The translations under genes and the position numbers were made by a program. This document shows, in pieces, positions 10,415-18,640 of a stretch of 64,000 bases of DNA (its first letter is position 1; every line of letters begins with the position of its first letter). Below the pieces are notes generated by a model that searched no databases, was not told the origin of the DNA, and worked only from the letters and a program-made list of their open reading frames with translations. Source of the stretch: an uncultured Candidatus Poseidoniales archaeon. GTDB lineage: Archaea > Thermoplasmatota > Poseidoniia > Poseidoniales > Thalassarchaeaceae. The stretch is from positions 3,160 through 67,159 of the forward strand of contig CACAAP010000001.1 in NCBI GenBank assembly GCA_902530535.1, read 5' to 3'.

Positions 10415-11555
10415 TTGGCAAACAATTCTACAGAGCCAGCTTTCGGCCGATCCTCCTCTTCTAACTGTAGAAGACGCGGAGAAAATATACCTCCAAGCGC
10501 CCTTGAGCGAATTGATGTATGTTGCTTCAGAGAGGAGAAAAACGCAAGTACCGGGGAATATCGTTACTTTTATGATTGATAGAAATATCAATTACACCAA
10601 TATTTGCACAATCAACTGCAATTTCTGCTCCTTCTACCGTTCTCCCGGTCATGATGAAGGATATACACAGACATTTGACCAGATTAGCGCCAGAATTGAT
10701 GAGTTAGAGGAACTAGGCGGTTCGAGAATCCTAATGCAGGGGGGGGTTAACCCATCACTAAACTTCGAATGGTATACTGAGTTACTATCAGAGCTCTCTA
10801 GGAGGCATCCCTCGATATCTTTGGACTGCTTCTCGCCCATTGAGATTGAGGGCATTGCAGAAGTCTCTGGACTATCCACCATTGAGGTCCTATCTAGGTT
10901 TCGCGAATCTGGTATGCACGGACTTCCGGGAGGAGGCGCAGAAATGCTCGTTGATAGTGTAAGGAGTGGCATTTCACCTAGGAAGGGGTCCTCTGAGAAT
11001 TGGATTAGGGTCATGGGGGAGGCGCAATCATTGGGCCTGACTACTTCTGCAACCAACGTCTTCGGTTTCGGCGAGAGTATCAAAGATAGGGTAGAGCACA
11101 TGAATAAGATCAGATCATTACAGGAGAGCTCATTGTCAAATGGTTACCTTGGATTCACATCATTCATTTCATGGCCAGTAATGCTCGAGAACAATGCTTT
11201 CGGAAAAATAGGGATTAGGAGGGGCGCGACAAACCTAGGTGCAGGCGCAGTGGAGTACCTCAGGCATGTTTCAGTATCCAGGCTATTCATGAGTAACATT
11301 GACCACATTCAAGCTTCATGGCCTACTATGGGGTTGAAAGTGGCTCAAATCGCTCTGACGGCAGGAGCCGATGACATAGGATCAACCATGATGGAAGAGA
11401 ATGTAGTATCGGCTTCTGGAACCACCAAGACAATGGCTACTATTTCCGAATTGAAGGAATCTATACTAAGTTGTGGCTTCACTCCGGCTAGAAGGGACTC
11501 AGACTACAATATTCTGGACATTCTAGAAGAGAGCCAGGCTCTATTACAGGTCTGA
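10407..11555 (+). CDS. mqnC: Radical SAM CofH/MqnC family, probably cyclic dehypoxanthinyl futalosine synthase
   Basis: DRNINYTNICTINCNFC, PGGGAE, IQASW, GSTMMEENVVSASG. Confidence 0.85.
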   Translation: MTDWQTILQSQLSADPPLLTVEDAEKIYLQAPLSELMYVASERRKTQVPGNIVTFMIDRNINYTNICTINCNFCSFYRSPGHDEGYTQTFDQISARIDELEELGGSRILMQGGVNPSLNFEWYTELLSELSRRHPSISLDCFSPIEIEGIAEVSGLSTIEVLSRFRESGMHGLPGGGAEMLVDSVRSGISPRKGSSENWIRVMGEAQSLGLTTSATNVFGFGESIKDRVEHMNKIRSLQESSLSNGYLGFTSFISWPVMLENNAFGKIGIRRGATNLGAGAVEYLRHVSVSRLFMSNIDHIQASWPTMGLKVAQIALTAGADDIGSTMMEENVVSASGTTKTMATISELKESILSCGFTPARRDSDYNILDILEESQALLQV

Positions 11556-12629
11556 TAGTTCTGCTCTACCGCTAATCACCGGCGCTCTGAGAATTTCTGT
11601 CGGCTCTTCGGATTGTGGCATGATTATTGGTAAAACCCAGAAAATCCTCCTACCATTGGATTCAAGAAACTCCAAAACAACCTCCCAATGGATTGCGATA
11701 AGTGACGAATATACGGTACCTGGCCATTGATCTGATGGCATTTTCAATGTGAATTCTGTTGTAGAATCTATGGTCTGTGTCCAATCGCCTTTTTCCATTA
11801 TCCTAAGAGGCTCTAGAATCACTGATTTCTTCGATGATAGTTGCATTGGAATGGATTCGCCTACACCAGTTCCAGTCTCATCACCAGAGACCAGCCTTTT
11901 CTCGGGTAGCTTAGTTGACATTCCAGGAGCAGGCTGTCCAGATTCGTGCCTATCCAGTGTCGCTAGTACCGAACTCCTCTCGGGCATAGCTACACCGACT
12001 TGGACTCTAGAGCGAATTAACTGCAGATTCATGTCTTTTTTTCTCACTTCGAAATCTATTGCTCCCCTTTCTGCACTTATGATAACTTCGGGTTCCTCAT
12101 ATGGGCTCTCTGAGATATCCTTCTGCCTATTGAAATCTCTGAAGTTTGCGATGGTTCTGAATACAAGTGGTAAGATGAATAGTGGGAAAGTGTAGAATAG
12201 CAACCTAGGATAGTCCAGAGGACCTATGGAAATTGAGCCTGCAATAGTTTCATCGATTATTCCCTGTTCAACTAATCCAGGCTCTATAGCATGTACAAAC
12301 AAAGAGAGTATTAGTAATGTTACTGTGGGGATAATTAGCTTTCTAGAAATATTGTGCAGCCTATCTGGTCTGATGAACCAACCTACCCTTGTATCGGTCA
12401 AGAAACTTGGAGGAGAATCTGTGATTTCGCACTCTAGCTTTAGCAACTCATCTTCGTCTCCCTCATGCCCCCTCCACTGAACGAACCAGTCATCTTCTGA
12501 TCCAATTGTGAAGCTCGTCACACTCATGCCAGAATTATCGATTTTAGCCTTAGAAATTGGAATGTTTGTAGGATTCATATGTTCAAGTTCGAATGGAGGG
12601 TACCTGATGCTCTGTTCGTAGCTATCCAT
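11544..12629 (-). CDS. Hypothetical membrane protein (2 TM helices, C-terminal beta domain)
   Basis: Long ORF starting 1 bp after the GGR stop codon. Two hydrophobic helices. Confidence 0.7.
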   Translation of the reverse strand: MDSYEQSIRYPPFELEHMNPTNIPISKAKIDNSGMSVTSFTIGSEDDWFVQWRGHEGDEDELLKLECEITDSPPSFLTDTRVGWFIRPDRLHNISRKLIIPTVTLLILSLFVHAIEPGLVEQGIIDETIAGSISIGPLDYPRLLFYTFPLFILPLVFRTIANFRDFNRQKDISESPYEEPEVIISAERGAIDFEVRKKDMNLQLIRSRVQVGVAMPERSSVLATLDRHESGQPAPGMSTKLPEKRLVSGDETGTGVGESIPMQLSSKKSVILEPLRIMEKGDWTQTIDSTTEFTLKMPSDQWPGTVYSSLIAIHWEVVLEFLESNGRRIFWVLPIIMPQSEEPTEILRAPVISGRAELSDL

Positions 12630-12630
12630 G

Positions 12631-13836
12631 CTATCCCCACAATACGGCTTTGGCGGCCCTACCTGCAAGCCTTCGGAATTCGGGTACTTCCCTGAGCATC
12701 TTGATTCCTAGTGGTATCGGATTCTCAATGTCGCCGAATTCATTTATCAAATCAGTAACCTCGGGCCTAGCCCAAACATCGAATATCCTCTCAAGCTCGT
12801 AATCACTCATTTCAGTCAAAAATGCATCCCTTAGTGCTCTCTTCTTCCTCTGATTCCGAGCCATCTCCTTCAGCAATGAAGATATTGAATTCATGGTACC
12901 TCTGCTTAATTCGTTATTCTCCATACATTTGCTGAGCCTCGGAACTAGTAAGTCCACTTGTTTGAATCCAGGGCCTATGCCTCCCCCAGTTGTAGGTTTA
13001 CACACCCCTGCAGAGTCTCCGAAAAGTGCCACCCTCTCAATTAGTGGTTTTCTAACAATGCCACTAGGAACTGGCCCGCAAAATCTAGCTACCTCAGAAC
13101 ATAGCTCGAACCTAGAGTTGATTTTCTGATCTTGCAACAACTTGTCCAGATACTGCTCGCTGGATAAGCCATTCATCAACTCGGCCTTTGTCCATGTGCC
13201 TACTCTAGTAGTATCTCCAGTGGGTATCGCCCAACTGAAGAATCCAGGTGAAATGTTCTTTCCAGTGTACATGTCTAACATCCCTGAATCTCCATTATAG
13301 CCCGTTACTTCAATCTGGAAACCAATCATAGTTTCACGAGGATTCCCCATACGGAAATTTCTACGGACCCATGAGTGTGCACCATCGGCACCACATAGTA
13401 GCTTGCAGTGAACGGTTTCGTCACCATTCGGACCATCTATCTTCACTTCTACGAATTCATCGAAAACTATTGCTGAATACGGCTTTGATGATAGGAGGAC
13501 TTCTGTGCCGGTTGCTATTGATTGCATTACAACGGCTTCATCGAAGAGTTTTCTACAGACAGAGAATGTACGTGGAACGCTAGGATCACCTATCGTTACT
13601 CTTGTGCCTGTAGGACTATGGATGTTAGCTCCCCATATTGAAGTTAGAATTGTATCCTCCAAACCTATCGTCTTCATTGATGCGGGATTCACCAAACCGG
13701 CACATTGGAATGGCCTTCCAATCTGGTCATGTTCCTCGATCATGAGAACGCTGTTTCCGTGTTCGTTGAACCTTCGTGAAAGATAGCCCCCAATAGGCCC
13801 TGCACCAACCACAACAACATCGAACTCACGAATCAT
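12631..13836 (-). CDS. Geranylgeranyl reductase family (digeranylgeranylglycerophospholipid reductase)
   Basis: VVGAGPIG FAD motif, QCAGL, GADG, PGFFSWAIP, GDSAG..KPTTGGGI. Confidence 0.9.
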   Translation of the reverse strand: MIREFDVVVVGAGPIGGYLSRRFNEHGNSVLMIEEHDQIGRPFQCAGLVNPASMKTIGLEDTILTSIWGANIHSPTGTRVTIGDPSVPRTFSVCRKLFDEAVVMQSIATGTEVLLSSKPYSAIVFDEFVEVKIDGPNGDETVHCKLLCGADGAHSWVRRNFRMGNPRETMIGFQIEVTGYNGDSGMLDMYTGKNISPGFFSWAIPTGDTTRVGTWTKAELMNGLSSEQYLDKLLQDQKINSRFELCSEVARFCGPVPSGIVRKPLIERVALFGDSAGVCKPTTGGGIGPGFKQVDLLVPRLSKCMENNELSRGTMNSISSLLKEMARNQRKKRALRDAFLTEMSDYELERIFDVWARPEVTDLINEFGDIENPIPLGIKMLREVPEFRRLAGRAAKAVLWG

Positions 13837-13853
13837 ATTATCCCCATACTCTA

Positions 13854-16085
13854 CTATTTCTTGCTTCTGCGCTTGGAATTTATTGTTTTCTTAAGATTTC
13901 CAATCAGAATGCTTGCATCAGATTTGGTGATAGTTTCTATTGATTCTGTTCTGACGGCCTCAAGAGCTTGCTCTATTGGCATCTCTAGTTTTTCGATCAT
14001 AGAAATTATTGCAGAAACCTGCCTTTCTGTTGCAGGACTATTTCTGTCCATATTTAGTAGCTTATCAATCAAATCACTGGCACTGCCATCTTTTCCACCA
14101 GTAAGTTCGGAAAGTTCCGTTAACCCCATCTCGCCGAGAATAACATCCAATTCTAGACGTAATCTATCTGAGACTCTAATGATTAACGCTATCTGCTTTT
14201 CACTCGGCGCGATGTTTGTCTTCCTTTCTTCGCTGATTTCATCAAGAATATTCTTCACATCTTCCCCAGACAGTTGCATTAGTGATTTATTGTCTAATAT
14301 CTCGGAAGTTTCCTCCTGAGACATATTTGCCAGTATTCTTTGAAGATATTCTATCTGCTTTAGTGTGGGCTTCTGTTTTCTCTTTTCCAATGCAAGTAGG
14401 TGAATCTTACGAAATAGTTGTTCAAACTCAGTCCACTTTGAGTGGGCTTCGGATAGGCCATCTTCAATAGAATCCAAATCCGACTCCATAATTGCGGTAA
14501 AATCTGCGGAGAATAATTCTCCATCTGGTTGATTGTAATGCGGGGCAACATCTAACCACAAGGTTCTACCGTTTTTTGTCGGAATCAGTGAGCTTCCGTC
14601 TTTTTCGATATATCGCTTCTGTTCGAGGTTTTTGACCATTGAAACATATGTGGATGGCCGTCCGATACCACTTTTCTTCATTTCTTGTATAATCGAGCTT
14701 TCGGTGAATCTCCTTGGAGGTTTAGTGAAATCAACAGTCATTTCAGCATTAGAATCAATATCCCAAGACTCGCCTGTAGAAAATCGTACTTCTGGGGGTT
14801 TTGTTTGGACTTCTCCCATGGACCACGAAAATACATTTTCCCATCCGTCGTGCGTCCTCCATGAAGCGGTTCCAGTAATCGGTACCTCCACCCCATCACA
14901 TGAAAATTTCAGAGCCCTCCTTTCTCTAACGGAATTGGACATTTGGCTGGCTGCAAACCTTGACCAAATCAGTTGATACAATTTCTTTTCATCTGTATCC
15001 TTTCCTGCATTCTCAATCGTTGGATCACTGGGTCTAATTGCTTCGTGCGCATCCTGAACATTGCTGCCCTTCTTCGCTGACTCACCTACTCCTTGACCCA
15101 GGTATTTTTCTCCTAGTTTACCAGAGATATGGTCTCTGATACTCTTTCTGGCCTTTGCATTAGTTCTAGTTGAATCTGTGCGAATATAGGTTATGTGTCC
15201 TCCATTGTACAGGGATGAAGCGACCCCACTGGTCTTTGATATGGACCACCCTAGAGTAGAGTTGGCAGTTTGAAGCATAGTATCCGTTGTGAAAGGTGGT
15301 TTTGGTTTACGATTAACCGTACCCTCCTTAGCTTCTGTTAGGATCAATTTATTTGAGGAGTTGATCTGATCCACTGTTTGTTCGGCCAATTTAGTATTCG
15401 AGGTTCTATTTGGATGATGTTTTCCATCATCATCTAACCAAGCATCGGGATCATCCGATTCGTGGAATCTAACATTCATCTCAATACCATTGGAAGGAAC
15501 CGAAACCGAATGGTACTCTTTGGGCACATGGTTATCTCTCTCCAACTCCTTTTCTACAATGAAGCCAAGTGTTGGGGTCTGTACCCTACCCATTGATTTC
15601 AATTTCCATGATTTGCAGAATTTTGAGCATCTCCAACCTACTAATCTGTCTATCAGCCTCCTAACTATGGCTGCATTGACAAGATCCATATCTACATCTC
15701 GTGGTTCGGAAATTGCAGACATTACCGCGTCCTTCGTAATCTCGTTGAACGAGATTCTCTGTATCGAGTCGAAATCGGAAAGAATCTCCTTGAGTCTCCA
15801 TGCGATAAATTCCCCCTCTCTATCAGGATCAGTAGCAATAAATATCTCGTTCACGGAAGATTTTGATGCTTTGTTCATTATCACGGATAGTTTCCTCTCC
15901 GCCTTTTCATCTGTCCAACTCCATGGAGGATTGGGCAACTCCCCATCCTTGTAAGCCCACATTGCTTTGTTGTTAACTGGTAAATCCTGAACATGGCCAT
16001 TACAAGCATCTACAATCCACCCCTTTCCGAGGTACTTTTTGATAGTCTTAGCCTTAGCACCAGATTCAAGAATTACTAGTTTCAT
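13854..16085 (-). CDS. topA: DNA topoisomerase I (type IA)
   Basis: MKLVILESGAKAKTI, ATDPDREGE, SMGRVQTP, ITYIRTDS (catalytic Tyr), AHEAIRP, GIGRPSTY. Start reassigned to the ATG at 16085. Confidence 0.96.
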   Translation of the reverse strand: MKLVILESGAKAKTIKKYLGKGWIVDACNGHVQDLPVNNKAMWAYKDGELPNPPWSWTDEKAERKLSVIMNKASKSSVNEIFIATDPDREGEFIAWRLKEILSDFDSIQRISFNEITKDAVMSAISEPRDVDMDLVNAAIVRRLIDRLVGWRCSKFCKSWKLKSMGRVQTPTLGFIVEKELERDNHVPKEYHSVSVPSNGIEMNVRFHESDDPDAWLDDDGKHHPNRTSNTKLAEQTVDQINSSNKLILTEAKEGTVNRKPKPPFTTDTMLQTANSTLGWSISKTSGVASSLYNGGHITYIRTDSTRTNAKARKSIRDHISGKLGEKYLGQGVGESAKKGSNVQDAHEAIRPSDPTIENAGKDTDEKKLYQLIWSRFAASQMSNSVRERRALKFSCDGVEVPITGTASWRTHDGWENVFSWSMGEVQTKPPEVRFSTGESWDIDSNAEMTVDFTKPPRRFTESSIIQEMKKSGIGRPSTYVSMVKNLEQKRYIEKDGSSLIPTKNGRTLWLDVAPHYNQPDGELFSADFTAIMESDLDSIEDGLSEAHSKWTEFEQLFRKIHLLALEKRKQKPTLKQIEYLQRILANMSQEETSEILDNKSLMQLSGEDVKNILDEISEERKTNIAPSEKQIALIIRVSDRLRLELDVILGEMGLTELSELTGGKDGSASDLIDKLLNMDRNSPATERQVSAIISMIEKLEMPIEQALEAVRTESIETITKSDASILIGNLKKTINSKRRSKK

Positions 16086-16153
16086 ATGATGCCTCTGGAT
16101 TTGTTTGGCCGTAACATGCCCTGTATAAACTAGGTGGAGTGATGGGGCCTTCA

Positions 16154-16180
16154 ACGCACGCGCACACGCGAGCGCGCGCG
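16154..16180. repeat. Alternating purine-pyrimidine (CG/CA) tract, Z-DNA prone
   Basis: acgcacgcgcacacgcg-ag-cgcgcgcg in the divergent topA/pyrD intergenic region. Confidence 0.7.
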
Positions 16181-16261
16181 AAGCCGAAGTTGTTTGACAA
16201 AGTCCGTAATAACTAGATTTGAAACCTAACGATTGAAGAATGGATGCGTATGGCGTAAGTG

Positions 16262-17365
16262 ATGGGAATAGCGTGGAGTGTTTTGGGAAGACCTGCACTG
16301 AGACTCATTGACTCCGAGACTGCCCATTCTATTTCTATGAGAGTAATGAGGGGTTTTGGTGAAACTAGCGCGGGTCAGAATATGCTGAACGCCCTTTACA
16401 GACCTCCAGAAGTTCCAATTGAAGTCTTTGGAAAGATGTTCCACCACCCCCTAGGTTTAGCAGCTGGTTTCGATAAAGGTGCAGAGGCTCTCATGGCCTG
16501 GTCTGCTATGGGATTCTCATGGACAGAGTATGGCGGAGTTACAAGATACCCGCAGGATGGGAATCCAAAGCCTCGCATGTTCCGTGCCAATAGGCATAGA
16601 GCGCTAGTGAATAAGATGGGTTTCAACAATCCTGGTGCATCGGAAATTCGGAAGAGGTTGATTTCACGAAAATCCGAAGATAAATGGCCAAAGACACCAG
16701 TTGCTGCCAACATTGGTAGGTCCAAGAAGGTCCCAAATGAACATGCAGCAGACGATTATGCTTCTACACTGGATATTCTTTGGGATCACGCCGACATGTT
16801 CGTACTCAATATCTCTTCACCCAATACTCCAGGTCTTAGAGATCTTCAAGGACAAGAGCACCTATCTTCGATTCTAAGATCATGTAACAAGGTACGGGAA
16901 ATGAAGGGAGCCCACAAGCCAATTTTGCTGAAGCTTTCTCCGGATAATTTTGATGATGAGATACTGGAAACCGTTTCTCTTTGTACAGCATCTGGCGTTG
17001 ATGGCATAGTTGCCACAAATACGACCATAAAGAGGCCAGCACCACTATCCACTCAGTCTAGAAAGGCTTTCTCAAGTGACGGGGGGTTGTCTGGACGCCC
17101 TCTCAATTCACGCTCTCTTGAAGTGATAAATTTGGTCTATGGAGAAACTCAGGGCAAAATTCCTATTGTTGGAGTTGGAGGTATCGAATCCAAGGAAACT
17201 GCATGGGATGCAATAATTTCTGGATCATCGCTGATTCAACTTTACTCAGCACTGGTATTCAATGGCCCTACAGTAGTGTCAAGTATAGTCAGAGGAATCA
17301 AGAGTAGAGTTAGAGAGTCCGGCTTTTCGTCTTTATCTGAAGCAGTTGGATACAAACACATTTAG
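16262..17365 (+). CDS. pyrD: Quinone-dependent dihydroorotate dehydrogenase
   Basis: GLAAGFDK, GNPKPRMFR, NKMGFNN, NISSPNTPGLR, LLKLSPD, TNTT, GGLSG. Confidence 0.95.
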   Translation: MGIAWSVLGRPALRLIDSETAHSISMRVMRGFGETSAGQNMLNALYRPPEVPIEVFGKMFHHPLGLAAGFDKGAEALMAWSAMGFSWTEYGGVTRYPQDGNPKPRMFRANRHRALVNKMGFNNPGASEIRKRLISRKSEDKWPKTPVAANIGRSKKVPNEHAADDYASTLDILWDHADMFVLNISSPNTPGLRDLQGQEHLSSILRSCNKVREMKGAHKPILLKLSPDNFDDEILETVSLCTASGVDGIVATNTTIKRPAPLSTQSRKAFSSDGGLSGRPLNSRSLEVINLVYGETQGKIPIVGVGGIESKETAWDAIISGSSLIQLYSALVFNGPTVVSSIVRGIKSRVRESGFSSLSEAVGYKHI

Positions 17366-17387
17366 AGATTCGCTCCTAGAATACACT

Positions 17388-17783
17388 GTGCAACTCACTC
17401 GGCTGTCACGTCTGCTGATTGTTTTCGGCACATCGATAGCTATTTTTGGTCTAATGATGGTGACTGTTGACCCCCAAGTCCAGTACAGTGTTGACGAGGT
17501 AATGAGTGAACCTGAGAGATTCGAACGCGAAAATATCTTCGTTCGTGGTATAGTATTGCCCGGATCAATGGATTACGATGAGCTGGTGTTTACTTTGCAA
17601 GGTAACACAGAGGAATTGATTGTCGATTTCAACGACTCTCCGATTCCAGATGGCTTTGATGAGGGTAGGACTATTGCTGTCAGAGGGGTACTAAAGTCAG
17701 AACATTCGTCTGATGGGACACTGATCTGGGTAATCGAGTCCTTTGAGATTCAAACAGGCTGCCCGTCGAAGTATGAAGCTTGA
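17388..17783 (+). CDS. ccmE: Cytochrome c maturation heme chaperone CcmE (CxxxY variant)
   Basis: N-terminal TM helix, VRGIVLPGS, PDGFDEG, C-terminal GCPSKY. Confidence 0.85.
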   Translation: MQLTRLSRLLIVFGTSIAIFGLMMVTVDPQVQYSVDEVMSEPERFERENIFVRGIVLPGSMDYDELVFTLQGNTEELIVDFNDSPIPDGFDEGRTIAVRGVLKSEHSSDGTLIWVIESFEIQTGCPSKYEA

Positions 17784-17825
17784 TTGACTGGGCATATTCA
17801 TAGGTGTCGTCATTGCGCGATAATT

Positions 17826-18130
17826 GGGCTAGAGGGGGAGTTGACGTGCTCTATTTTTCACAAATCGTTGATAATGGTGACTCGAAGTCCGAGGGCGGCG
17901 CAAACGAGCCTTTGGGATTACACCAGCTGACTGCGATGTCTCGCCCCCAAGAGATCCAGGTTGGCGTTAGCGGAATCCGGAGGGATTCTGCAAGCGTCTC
18001 ACGCCCGGGAACCAGGTCAGGAGCGGAAGCGAGCAGCCCTACCGGGGATGCTGGATGCCTTGGGACTTCGGGACGGAGAAAGCTGGTGCTGCACTCTCAC
18101 TGATGACGAGCGTCCACCGAGGACACGCCC
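17826..18130 (+). ncRNA. ffs: Archaeal signal recognition particle (7S) RNA
   Basis: About 300-nt GC-rich intergenic stretch starting GGGCTAG. Helix-8 motif CAGG-AGC-GGAA-GCG-AGCA near 18018-18035, GGAG-capped helix 6 (gaatcc-ggag-ggattc), long-range pairing caccagct/agctggtg. Ends are approximate. Confidence 0.88.
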
Positions 18131-18131
18131 A

Positions 18132-18605
18132 CTACTCAGGTATTCCGGGTAATCCGCCCATTTTGCATACAATTTCGAAATGTATTCTATTTACAGGCTG
18201 AACTGAAAGCCTCTGACCCCTTTGCAATAGAGGCATTCCCTCAAGATCTCCATTGGATCTAAGTTCAGGCAAGCCTACTGAGGTCATTTCTGATACAGGT
18301 TCAATATCTACCATGACCCACCTAGGATTTTCTACCGAAGCCTTTGGATCGTAGTATTTTGATTCTGGCTCTTGGGCTGTATGGTCGGGATACCCCTCCT
18401 TGCAAACCTTAGCTACTCCAGCAACATGCGGGGGTTTGCAGTTTGAGTGGTAGAACAGTACCATGTCACCAACAACCATATCGTCACGCATGATGTTCCT
18501 AGCCTGATAGTTCCTTACTCCGTCCCAATGTGTGGAGCCATCGGAAACCAGTTGTTCCCAAGGATAGACGTGGGGTTCGCTCTTCATCAGCCAGTAGTTT
18601 ACCAT
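18132..18605 (-). CDS. EVE domain protein
   Basis: YWLMKSEP, WDGVRNYQARN, FYHSNC, YYDPK, RLSVQPV. Start reassigned to the ATG at 18605. Confidence 0.93.
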   Translation of the reverse strand: MVNYWLMKSEPHVYPWEQLVSDGSTHWDGVRNYQARNIMRDDMVVGDMVLFYHSNCKPPHVAGVAKVCKEGYPDHTAQEPESKYYDPKASVENPRWVMVDIEPVSEMTSVGLPELRSNGDLEGMPLLQRGQRLSVQPVNRIHFEIVCKMGGLPGIPE

Positions 18606-18640
18606 GAGCGTCCTAGTCAGAACATAGCAATAAATTTGAT

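Noticed and set aside
16086..16298. N-terminal extension of topA in the ORF track
   Set aside because: Homology starts at MKLVILES (16085). The extension crosses the promoter region and the pyrD start.
17804..18152. ORFs 17804..18103 and 17961..18152
   Set aside because: They overlap the SRP RNA, have no protein motifs, and are likely open only because of high GC content.
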